DNA from: Azolla caroliniana
Lineage: Eukaryota > Plantae > Polypodiophyta
Reading direction: 5' to 3'
NCBI GenBank assembly: GCA_043228905.1
Contig: JBHGNT010000008.1
Span: 13,082,001 to 13,146,000, forward strand
DNA length: 64,000 bases
How positions within the stretch are numbered: position 1 is the stretch's first letter; every line of letters starts with the position of its first letter. Below the pieces are notes generated by a model that was given only the letters and a program-made list of their open reading frames with translations, did no database searches and was not told the DNA's origin. A program made the position numbers and the translations under genes. Shown here one piece after another: positions 50,743-62,800 of this stretch.

Positions 50743-53700
50743 CAGCGCGAGTAGTACTCAATGAATTGAGAGAGAGAGAGAGAGAGTGATGATAAGAAAA
50801 TATATATATTATGTGAGGAAAATGTACAGTAGCTAGGAGGCTTAAGACTGGCGTTGAACCGATTTGGTTCGAAATAATGCCTTGTGCCTCCTTTTATAGG
50901 GTTCTAAGGAATACTCCTGAAGTTTCTAGAATGTTCCAGAGAAATCTGGAATATACATCAATTTCTATAATAAAACATAAATGAAAATAATATTTTACGT
51001 ATTACAATGTATAGTCTAATGGTCAAGAGCTCGACCCATGTAGCATAAGGTCATGGGTTCGAGTCTTGCCATATCATGACACTATCCCCCCTTTAAAACG
51101 ACGAGTGTAACGAGTCGTTTTGGATTGAGGACCCGGTTTGTCTGGAGTCGTTTTGGATTGAGGACCCGGTTTGTCTGGATATTGACGATGGAAGTCTTCA
51201 AGAAGAGCACGAGCATTGGTGACATTCTCTATCGGTTCCCAAGTACGCTCGCTGGGACTATATCCTAGCCAATCGACTAAATAGTAGAGCTTGTTGCGAA
51301 CAAGCTTGGAATCAAGGATGGCGGCAACCTTGTACTCAGGTCCATCTTCAAGCTTGATCGGGGGTGGAGGCTGTGTAATACGTCCTGGGATGGTGCTCTC
51401 TTGATAGGGTTCGAGGAGAGAACTATGAAACACCGGATGTATCCGAAGTTGTGGAGGTAGATCAAGACGAAAAGCGACATCATTAATCTTTCCTATAATA
51501 CGGAAAGGACCTAATCGCCGATAATCCAACTTCTCGCATGGGCGAGTGGTCTTGATGTGTCGTCGGAGTAGCCATACCCGATCTCCAATGTTAAAACTAG
51601 ATGGGAGTCGATGATGATCCGCATAAACCTTGTGTGTTTGTTGAGCTTGTTGGAGGTGAGTAGATACATCCGCTTGTATCTTGCGTAACCTCTCCAAACG
51701 ATCTTCTACGCAAGGATTTGTGGACACCTCTGGGGTTTCAAGTACACACCACCGGGGGTGACATCCCGTATAAGCATAAAATGGCGTAACTTTAGTGGAT
51801 GCGTGGATAGAGTTGTTATAGGCAAATTCGGCGAAGTGGAAAATATCTGCCCAGTCATCCTGATGATAGTTGAGAAAGCACCGCAGATACTGCTCCAGCG
51901 TTTGATTGGTTCGTTCAGCTTGGCCATCGGTTTGGGGGTGGTAGCCGGAGGAGAGGTTACAAGTGACCTTGAGCATGTTAAAAAGGTGCTTCCAGAATTT
52001 TGACACGAACTGGGGTCCACGGTCGTTGATGATACTATCGGGAAGTCCATGATGCCACATACTTCACGCATGACAATTTTGGCAGTGTCTTCATTGGAGA
52101 TCTCCTTCATATATGGCAAGAAATGAGTCATCTTCGTATATCGATCGACCACCGTTAGAATCGCATTGAACCCCTTAGAAACTGGAAGATCTGTGATGAA
52201 GTCTAGAGCAATGGATTGCCACGGCTTGCTTGGAATTGGTAATGGTTCTAATAAACTATATGGATGATGCCTTGGCATTTTCGCTCTGCAGCATGTATCA
52301 CAAGTCCGAACAAAATCCTCGACAAATTGTCGCATACAGGGCCACCAGAATGATCGTTGTACTAAATGTAATGTTTTAGTACTACCAAAATGCCCAGCTG
52401 TATATGTGTCATGACAGTTTTGTACTACTTGAAGACGGCAAGAACCATTAGGAACATACAAAATTTCTTTAAAGAAGAGTAATCCATCATGGTATTTTAA
52501 TTGCCGATAGTCCGTACCTGGTGGTTGCAACTGTGAACACGACGCGCGAGAGGGATCAATTTGAGCTAGTATAGCTTGGGCAAACGCATCTGTCTTCAAG
52601 TCTTCGCGTATGGTATCGATAACGCGGGAATCCATGGGCATGTCAAAGATCTGTGTTGCTTGTAGTCGTGCCAGTCCCAAGATGACTTGTTTTTGGTTAT
52701 CGAAAGCTGGCTCGCCGGGACGGGGTGCTAGATACGAACGCCGTGATAATGCATCTGCCTTCCCTTGGTGCTTCCCCGAACAATATGTAATTTTGAAGTC
52801 AAAACGCGTGAGGAAGTGGGCCCACCGAGCTTGACGTCGATTCAACACACGAGCATCCTGAAAGTAGGCAAGGTTCTTGTGGTCACTAAATACAGTGACC
52901 GGATGAGAGGCTCCCTCCAGAAAATGCCTCCATTGCATAAAAGAATCCACTATTGCCAATAGCTCCTTATCATGAATTTCGTAGTTGATTTCGGCGGCGT
53001 CAAACTTGCGTGAGTGAAAAGCCACAGGATGTAGCTTCTCATCATTCCCCTGTTGTGACAGAATGCTCCCCAATGCAAAATCCGATGCGTCAGCTTCGAT
53101 AATGAATGGTTTTTCCGGATCGACATGAGCTAGAATTGGAGCCGATGTAAATGCCTTTTTAAGACTCTCGAAAGCCACGTCCGTTTCTTCAGACCAGATG
53201 AACGGTTGTCCCTTCCTGGTAAGTTGTGTGAGAGGTAGAACGATCTTTGAGTAATCGCCTAGGAAGCATTGCACACCGAATGCGGAGTCTGCCATTCTAC
53301 CACCGTTTTGACCTTAGCTGGGTCCATGGAGATGCCTTCTGACGAAATGATGTACCCGAGAAATTCCACTTGGTTGCACCCGAAGCTACATTTTTCCAGC
53401 TTTGCATACAGACCATGTTCTCGAAGTCGTTTTAGTACTAATAGTACATGAGAATCATGTTCTTCTTGGGTCTTTGAATAAACCAGTAGATCATCCAAAT
53501 AGATGATCAAACAATCATCCAATAGATCTCGGAATATATCATTAGCCATGTGTTGGAAGACTGCCGGCGCATTAGTGAGGCCGAACGGCATGACCGTATA
53601 CTCGAAGTGCCCATATCTGGTGCGAAACGCGATCTTCCATTCGTCTCCTGGTCGGATCCGTACGAGGTTATATGCTCCCCGTAAGTCGATCTTCGTGAAG

Positions 53701-54620
53701 AACCTGGCACCATTGATCCGTTCTAAAAGACTTGAGATAAGGGGAAGAGCATACCTATTCCTGATTGTAACCTTATTCAGGCCACGGTAATCTACAACGA
53801 GACGAAGCGATTCATCCTTTTTCTTGACGAAGAAAATGGGCGCGCCAGCTGGAGATTTTGAATGCCGAATGAAACCATTTTCCAAATTCTCCTCTATATA
53901 GGCCCGAAGGACTTCCAGCTCAGTTGGTGACAAATTGTAGATCGGTCCCCATGGCGGCTCTTTTCCCGGTTGTAAATCGATGGGGCAATCGTACGGTCGA
54001 TGATGAGGAAGTGTGTTGGCTTGTACTTTATCGAACACATCGACGTAATGACGATACTTCTCAGGAAGTTGAACGGTGGATTCTTCTTTAGTGGTGCTGG
54101 AGGGGTTTACTGATATTGCAAAGAGGAACATTTCTTCCTTGTGCCCTTCTTTACGCAACTGACATAGCGAAATGGTTGCCATCTTCTGAGTTGACCCTTG
54201 GGTTTGTCGACACCGGATTTCTCTTGTTCTCCAATCTATGTCTGGGTTATGGAACTCGAACCACGGTAATCCTAAAACTATGGGATGTTTTGGGATACTA
54301 ATAATATTAAATGATACTACACATGCTAAGTTATCTAGGACAATATTAATGGGCTCTGACTCTTCTATGATATTTCCGGAAGCAATGGGACGTCCATCAA
54401 TGACTACTACAGAGGCTGGACATTGGAGTTTTCTTAGGGATATCTTATGAGCTTGAGCAAATTTCCTATCCATAAAGCAAGAGTTAGCTCCGGAATCTAG
54501 GAGTGCTAGGACATGTACTGGAGGGGTACTTTTAGTACTAACTATTACTTGGGCTACGAACACATCACTAACTTGCTTAGAGGGAATGGAACCACTAATG
54601 GGCTGCACAGATCTAGGGCT

Positions 54621-54665
54621 GTCCAACCAAACGGCTCCTATTTTGGCTGGACTTAGTCGTTTAAC
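54621..54665 (-). promoter_or_regulatory. Putative -1 programmed ribosomal frameshift signal at the K gag/pol junction
   Basis: G_TTA_AAC, a 6-nt spacer containing the gag stop, then an 11-bp hairpin. pol is open in the -1 frame. Confidence 0.75.
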
Positions 54666-55862
54666 TCTTCGTCTAACTGACTAAGGACATCAAATCTGTT
54701 CGCTAGATCTGGGCTATTAGTACTATTAGGACTATCAGATATCCCTACTGAAATAGGCTCGGGTTTAGTACAATTAGAACTAGCGACTATTTGGTTTACC
54801 TGTCTTCTTGGCCTATGGGGGCAATTTATTGCCATTTGTCCTGGTCCACCGTAGTAAAGACATAGTCGATTTGTACGGCGTCGCTGCTTTTCTTCTTCGG
54901 ATAATGGCCCTCGACGACGTGTAGTGTCAATCTCCATCGGAGTCAGAGTATTCGCTAGAGGCGCATTATATGACTCCCTCGGAAAAGGTCTTGATACCAC
55001 TGAGGCGTAGGTGGGCTCTGATCTTGCCCTCGGCATTTGTAGTTGTCGTTCCGAACGTCGCTCAAAGAGGCGGTTGTCACATCTCACCGCGCGACTGATT
55101 GCTTCTGTTAAGGACTTTGGCTCTTCGGGGAAGGTCAAGAGTAAATCCTTGACGTCGTTGCATAAACCATAACGGAATTGCTCCATCAACGCTTGATCAT
55201 CCCAAGGGATATTGGCGGCGAGTAGGCGAAAATCTGCAGCGTATGCAGAGGTTGGACGGTCACCTTGGCGTAATCGCCGAATTTTGTTGATTGCGGTCCT
55301 AATGTTGTCAGTATCTCCGAAACATGCTTTAAACTCACCTAGAAACTCTTCAAAATTGTTGAGTAACGGAGATTCCTTTTCTAATAGTGGAGCGAACCAT
55401 GCCAACGCTAAGCCACTTAACAAAGTGCCTCCTAAACCCACTCGTGATGCATCGGTGGGATATCGGGAAGGATGCATTTGAATAACTAATCGTACCTGGT
55501 TAAGGAACCCTCTAAACTGCGATCGCGTTCCATTGAACTTTGTGGAAAGGCCAATCTTGGGTTCTTTATGAATCCCTTGTGTTCCGGGCCCTTGTTGTTG
55601 CATCGCTACGATGGTGGCTTCGAGTTGTTGCACGCGTAATCCAAGTTCCCCATGTTGTTGTTGCGTTTGCTGCTTTTCTAAGGAGATTTGCTGAAGATCC
55701 CCCAGCAACCGTTGGTTTTCTTGTTCCAAAGCATGGAACTTCTCTTTCAAGCATTGAAATTCTAAAAAAACAGATTGATATTCTTCAACGCTAACAGTGG
55801 CCATGGGATGAAAGAAAAGAGGAATAAGAGATTAGTAGGAAATGAGAGAGACAGAAGGTAGG

Positions 55863-55875
55863 CAAATCGGTTCAA
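55863..55875 (-). promoter_or_regulatory. Self-complementary primer binding site of K (F equivalent 29967-29975)
   Basis: Minus-strand TTGAACCGATTTG is the exact complement of the transcript sequence at 56087-56075. No TGG-type tRNA PBS. Confidence 0.75.
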
Positions 55876-56880
55876 ACTGTCAGGAACAGTACTAAGACAG
55901 AGAAGGAATTAGTACTAAAAGAAGTATTAGTACTAAGAGAGGTGAAGGACTCTCGAGAGAAGGAACGAGTGAGTGAGAGGGAGGGAGAGAGAGATCGAGA
56001 GAGAGAGTGATGATAAGAAAATATATATATTATGTGAGGAAAATGTACAGTAGCTAGGAGGCTTAAGACTGGCGTTGAACCGATTTGGTTCGAAATAATG
56101 CCTTGTGCCTCCTTTTATAGTGTTCTAAGGAATACTCCTGAAGTTTCTAGAATGTTTCAGAGAAATCTGGAATATACATCAATTTCTATAATAAAACATA
56201 AATGAAAATAATATTCTACGTAAAAAAATTTATAGTGTAATGGTCAAGAGCTCGACCCATGTAGCATAAGGTCATGGGTTCGAGTCTTGCCATATCATGA
56301 CAGGTACGCACCAGAGACAACTTCGACTTTGATTCTGCTCGACTCGAATTCCGCTGAAATAGAGATAGAAGCCGAAGATCGACTCACGCGCATGTTCGAA
56401 GAAAGCCCAATTACGACAAGGCTTAGTGGGCCACAAGAGCCCCCCGAGCGATCAAAGCTCATCTCGGCCGAGTCCGAAGATGGACAAAGGCAAGGCGAAA
56501 ATGCCAGAGTATGAAGACGATCACTTCGACGGCAATGAATCAACTCACTCCCTCGATAGTGAGTTCGAAGGCCTTGAGATCCAGACAAATGGAGCGGAGA
56601 ATGCCGTAGTATTTGCAAACGAGAAGCTCCACCGATCCACCCGTGAAAAGAACCCTGTAAGCCGATTCGGCTACAACGATTATATGGCAACAGTACGGGA
56701 ACTGGAAACCTTTATGATGAAGGTAGCAAAAGTACGGGAACCGGAAACCTTTTCCGAGGCCACAAAGGACCCGCGATGGATCGAAGCAATGAAGGAGGAG
56801 ATGTGTGTGCACTATGCAAGAACGAGACATGGGATCTCGTTCCCCACTCACCGCACAAGAAGGCAATTGGCTACAGATGG

Positions 56881-59800
56881 TGTTGTCCATAGGCCAAAAA
56901 TATAAATTAGTTAAATGTAATACGCCGGTAGGTAAGGTAGAGTTAGGTAAATGCCGAGTTTCGAGCTTCATAGTTAGCAGACCGCTCGGCTCTGTATGAA
57001 GAAAAAGTATATAAACCGAGGTCTGCATACCTCGGCAAGAGAGAGATATCTAGAGCCTAGGCGAGGTCGTTTCATAGATATAAGAGCTTTGTAAAGTCAC
57101 CGGCGGGGAGCCGTGTTTTTTGTAATCATCGATAACTGTTTGCAGTAATACATATCTATTAGCTCTTGTTATTTTCATCTGTGTGCCGTCATTTCTAAGC
57201 TCCCGATTACGTATACGACCCGGGCTCTATTCCGGGTAGGCTCTCCGTTTTCTTCCCCTAACGACGCCTCCGTGCACAAGTCTTCACGTTCACTTCCCTT
57301 GATACCGATAGCTTGTAGGCATATCGAAGGTGTTTCCAACAGAACGGTTAACACAATTTGGCACGCTCGGTTACAACTGTGAGATCACAGCGAACTACGT
57401 TGAAGACAACCTTCAGCCGCCATTACGGCGCCCAATCGCACCAAGCGGTCTCGGCCATCTGGCCAACGCGTTGAGCCAATCGAAGGCTCTTCCGACTCGG
57501 CGGTCACGGACTAGTTTTTCCAAGAAATATCGGAGGCTCACCGGTTGCAATCCTCGCCACCTGCTACTCGGTCGTGAGTTGAGTCCACACCAACCTGTCC
57601 ACCAAGCCCTCCAGAGGTCACCCACCCTGACCCTAAGTAAACCCTTTTCCGGTTATATCGGAAGATCCCAAATTCGATACCATGCCGTATCCTTACCCAC
57701 GATACACCGACAGCCCCGATGCGGAGTCGCACATCCGTGCCTTCGTGTCCACCTGGCAGGCCAATCACTCAACACAACGACTCTCACCTGCCGAAATCGA
57801 GGCCTCAGAAATTGCCGAGTTTACGCTATCCCTTGATGGACCAGTTGCGCGATGGTATTCTGGCCTCGACACAGGGGAGTTTGCCACCTTCCATGACGTT
57901 CGCACGCAGTTCCTAGAACTGTTCCATCTCGAGGTGCCCAAACGAGAATTGCTTCGACAGTTCTTTTCCATGTGACAAGAACCGCACGAGACGGTCACAC
58001 AATTTACGATCCGGTTCCGGGATCTCTACAGACAAGTGGCCAACGATGTCTTTGCACAGCACATTCCGGACGCATTCTAGTCCAGCCTACGGGAGCCTCT
58101 ATGGATGACTCTCGCACTTACTAATTTTGCCAACCAAATGATCGAGCAAGTCATAGCGCGCGTCCTCGTCCTCGATCGGACTCAGCAAAGCACGACTTTC
58201 TCTATGAGTTCACTGCAAAGCACCCTTCCCCAGGAGCACAATCACTTCCGCCAAGCCCTCCAATGCATAGTTTGCTTGGGATCAGGCCATCTGGCCCTCG
58301 AATGTCCTCACCGGCCACAATGTCCGATCTGCCAGTCCCGATCTCACACTGTCGAGCACTGTGAATACAATATGCTCAACCGCACAACGACAGCCCTGGT
58401 TCGCCAAATCGAGCCCAGGGATACATACTCTCGTCAGGACGAGTGACAATCCTACTGGAACCAGGATAACCAACGACCCCGATCGCCGGATAGACGACGC
58501 CGTAACGACGATTACCGTCGGGACGACGACCGTTACTGAAACAACAACCGATGAAGATCGGACGACCGCCGTGATCGCTATCATGATGACCAGTATCGGG
58601 CAAACGACGATTATGATCGGAATGAAGATGATCGGGATGACTGATACGATTAGAGAAATTTCCGTTATGATTGGCGCAGCTCTCACCGAGGATCACGCAA
58701 TAACAGAAGGAATAACGAAAACCGTCGTCGGGACCCCCCGCACAATGAACCGCGCAGCTCGAACGTGCCCTAGACCAACCCACAAACACACGAGGCCAGG
58801 AATCAACCGCACCCCCCCAGACACATAGATCGGGCTGGCACCAGCAACTCGGCCGACGTTACCTACTTCAAGTGCAACCAACCCGGTCACTACGCTATGC
58901 AATGCCCAACAACAGACCGTGGAAAGGTTCCTGCCGTGAATAGTATTATGGCCGACGTACAAAACGTCACAACACGCAGCAAAGCCCAGGCTACCCCATG
59001 GAAAGTACAGGATGAAGTCTGGCAAGTAGCCAAAGAATGGATGGATACGGCCAATAAAAACAATGTGGTGCGAATGCAAACAGAAATGGGAGACACGATC
59101 ATCGGAGCAACACAGTCCTCGGCACCATCCACGTTGATAGAAGATGACCAGCTGTGGGATGCCCTTACCAATTCTAGGATCTCCTTGCCTTTGCATAAAC
59201 TCTTACCACTCATGCCGCGTTTTCAGGACACCTTGGCTACACTCACGGCCAACACCCATTCCACCGCGCCACCTGTGCACCTGACCGAGCCAGGAATGGG
59301 TCCACCCCTCATGGATGCGCAGAATCCAGCCATAAAAATTATGATTAAAGGAAGGGACCTGCACGGGTGCATAATCGACGGCGGCTCTGGCGTGAATGTC
59401 ATCAACGAGGCTACCTGTCATAAACTCGGCCTGAATCAATGGGAACCTTGCCCCTTTTGGCTTCGGATGGCCGACACACGATCGGTTCGCCCCATCGGAT
59501 TAATCTGCCACCTCGACTTTACTCTAGGAGGCCACATGTTCACTATCTCGGCCGTTGTATTACGACTCGAAGCACAGGGGGCTTACGCAATTTTACTGGG
59601 CAGACCATGGTTGTGCACAACAAATATCAAACAACATTGGCAGCGCAACATGATCTCGTTTCGCCGAGGAAAGACCAAGGTCCGGATCATAACCGAAGAA
59701 CGCATAACCACGCCCCACAACACCTCGCCGTTATACGCGGAAGGGGTGCACATGCTCGACGGGTTAGCCGATGACGAGGTGGATGAATTCCTAGAAGACC

Positions 59801-62800
59801 ATCCCACTATCATACCTCTCTTCAAAATCGACGCCATGACGGCCGTCGGCACACCTCTAGACGAGGAAGTCACGGTGAATACACCTCCCTAGGATGAACC
59901 TGATCCCACCACCATCGCAAAATTACGACATGCTCGGGACGCTTTTGAACGTGAACTCGCCCTCTCCCAATGAGTGAAGGCATCAACGCTCGAAACACTG
60001 AACCTCGGTTCAGACGAGAACCCTCACACCCTACAGATTGCTAATAACTTACTAGCCGGCGAACGAGCAACCCTCATACATTTACTCACCGATTACCGGG
60101 ATGTATTCGCATGGTCTTACACGGATATGAAGGGTTTGGACCCACAATACTACCAACACCAGATCCATCTTCTCCCAGACCCTCGGCCGGTTCAGCAAAG
60201 ACGATACCGAATGAACCCAAATTATGCGGCTAAGGTCAAGGAAGAGATAGACAAGCTCCTCTGAGTCGGGTTCATACGACCTGTAAAACGCGCCAAATGG
60301 TTAAGCCCAATCGTAGTCGTCCCCAAGAAAAACGGGAAAATCCGAGTCTGTGTCGACTACCGCAAGCTTAATACTGCAACGGTCACGGATGGATTCCCTC
60401 TTCCGTTCACAGATAGCGTTCTCGACACGATGGCAGGTCACGAATGCTACAACTTTCTAGATAGGTTCAGTGGTTACAACCAAATCAGATTGCACCCAAA
60501 TGATCAAGAGAAAACAACATTTGTCACGGAATGGGGTGTTTTCGTGGCAGAAGTAATGATGTTCGGTTTAAAAACGGTGTCGGCCACGTTCCAATGCATC
60601 ATCACCAAAAATTTTAACGAGTATATCCCGGCGTTCATGCAAGTCTTTCTCGATGACTTCACCATATATGGTCAGCGACTGGAACACATGACCCAGTTAC
60701 GTCTCTGTCTTGATCGAAGTTGCCAGGCTCGGTTAAGTTTAAACCCGGCAAAATGCGCCTTCTTGGTCACAAGCGGCAACCTACTCGGGCATATCGTCAG
60801 TCAAGAAGGTATCGCCATGGACCCAGATAAAGTGCAAGCCATCCTAAACGCCCCCACACCCTCGAATGCAAAAGGCTTCAACCCGTTTTTGGAACAAGTC
60901 CAATGGCACAGCCAGATGATACGCCACTTGGCCGATTTCGCGACAACACTACACGCAGTGGTGCATCGACTCCCCTTTCAATGGACTTCAATCGAGGACA
61001 AGGCTTACCAAGGATTGAAATTAATGCTCTCGCATGCCCCAGTTGTACAACCCCCGATATGGTCGGAACCTTTTCACGTCTGCGTGGACGCATCAGATAT
61101 CGCCATCGGGAGCGCACTTATGCAATGCACGCCCCCAAATTGGTATCGGCTGGTGTATTATGCTAGCCGACATCTCTCGGCCGCAGAAAAGAACTATTCA
61201 ACCACAGAACGAGAGGCCCTCGGGATGATCTACAACATCAGTAAATTTCGGCATTACCTCTTAGGCCGAAAATTCACATTTCACGTCGATCACTCGGCCC
61301 TCCTTTACCTGGTCAATAAACAAGCCCTAACAGGTCGACTGACTCGATTGATTGTCCTATTGCAAGAGTTTGATTTTCATATACAACATCGACCCGGAGT
61401 CCAACATGCCGTCGCTGACTACGTAAGCCGCCTCGAGTCAGGAGACCCGACCGAGCCCACGTATGACGATTTCCCCGATGCCGGCTTATTTCATCTCACA
61501 ATGCTGCCAAACGACAAAGAAGATGAATGGATCACGGAGATGAACCATTTCCTTAGTACTGGCTTGTCTCCCGACCACATGGCCCTTGATGTACGGAAAC
61601 GACTCGCATTACATAGCCGCAACTTTTGTCTCGTTGCCAACATCCTCTACCACAAAGGCTCGGACGGAATATGGTGTCGGGCCATTCGACAATTTGAGAA
61701 GAAGGCCATCCTCCAAGAAGCCCACCTAGGAATCGCCGGCGGACACTACGCCGGAGAGTCCACGTCAAGGAAAGTATGGCAGAGTGGGTTATGGTGGCCT
61801 ACAACGAAAAAGGATGCCCACGAGTTCTGCCGACAGTGCGACTTGTGCCAACGGTTGGGCCAGCCGATAGAACAAGCTCGAATGTCGCACCAGCCCATTA
61901 TTCCATTGGAACCATTTCAAAAATGGGGGTTAGATTTTGTGGGACCCTTTAAACCAGTCGCGGCCCGAACCGGTAATAAGTATATCATCATGGCCATGGA
62001 CTACTGCACAAAATGGGTTGAGGCAAAGGCTTTACGAGACAACACGACAACATCCACGGCCAAATTCGTGTATGAACATCTTTGGTGCCGTTATGGATGC
62101 CCAATTGAGCTCGTTAGTGACCAAGGTGGGCACTTTATAAACCATATAATACGCGAGCTGATGACACACTACGCGGTGGTACATAAGAAAAGTACACCAT
62201 ACTACCCGCAGGCAAACGGATTGGCCGAATCAACTAACAAAATTCTCCAAACAATCCTGAAGAAGATCATCAACGAGAATCGCGCCAATTGGGATGACAA
62301 GCTCCAGAGTGCACTATGGGCTTATCGCAGTACATTCAAAACGAGCATTCAATCCACCCCCTTTCGGATGGCTTTTGGTCTCGAAGCCGTTATGCCCATC
62401 GAGTTCCAAGTTCATGTTAAAGCACGGCTCCCCGAGGCCCAATCCGAACAATTGAGGCTGGAACAACTCCTTGAACTTGGCAAGGACCGAGTGGCGAGCA
62501 TGGCCCAACTTGAACAGCGCCAACGACAATGGAAAGCCTTTGTGGACCGACATCGAAAAGGATTGGAACAAGAATTGATCATAGGCAAACCGGTCCACGT
62601 TTTCCAAACGTGACTCGGTGCTATGCCAGGAAAGTTACGATTTTGATGGTCCGGCCCCTTCTGGATTATTGACGAGTTTAACGGCACGTTCCAGCTTGGC
62701 ACCCTCGCCAGGGAAATTGTCAAAAGCTGGGTGAATGGATTCCAACTGCGACCGTACCAAGGAAATACCCCAGCTAACCCTTTCGCCAAGTCTCACGACA

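Larger units (their letters stand above)
39802..50767 (-). mobile_element. Near full-length two-ORF LINE (RTEX-like), about 5.4 kb without the nested element H
   Basis: Sits in the (GA)n tract of the K LTR. 3' tail (CTTT)n at 39802-39826; ORF1 and ORF2 present; 5' UTR made of GA and GACGGC repeats. Confidence 0.9.
39679..56302 (-). mobile_element. Ty3/gypsy chromovirus K, sister family of F; 3' LTR split by a LINE
   Basis: 5' LTR 55878-56302; 3' LTR 39679-~39801 plus ~50768-51081. TSD AGTAC/GGTAC (one change, which creates a stop in J). gag 54653-55804; pol pieces 53259-54660, 51706-53295 and 51074-52060 with LDSGA protease, IYLDD and a chromodomain. Confidence 0.95.
36811..56880 (+). mobile_element. 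Copia element J (5' LTR, gag, PR, IN, start of RT), interrupted by K and then L
   Basis: LTR 36811-37265; iMet PBS 37266-37277; gag 37433-38473; IN 38728-39675. The reading frame resumes at 56303 (DESAS[W]Y-APETT) through EPETFSEA..NETWDL until L begins at 56881. Confidence 0.9.

Noticed and set aside
51005-51078. Functional tRNA gene
   Set aside because: Acceptor and anticodon stems do not form, so it is reported only as a tRNA-like A/B-box module.
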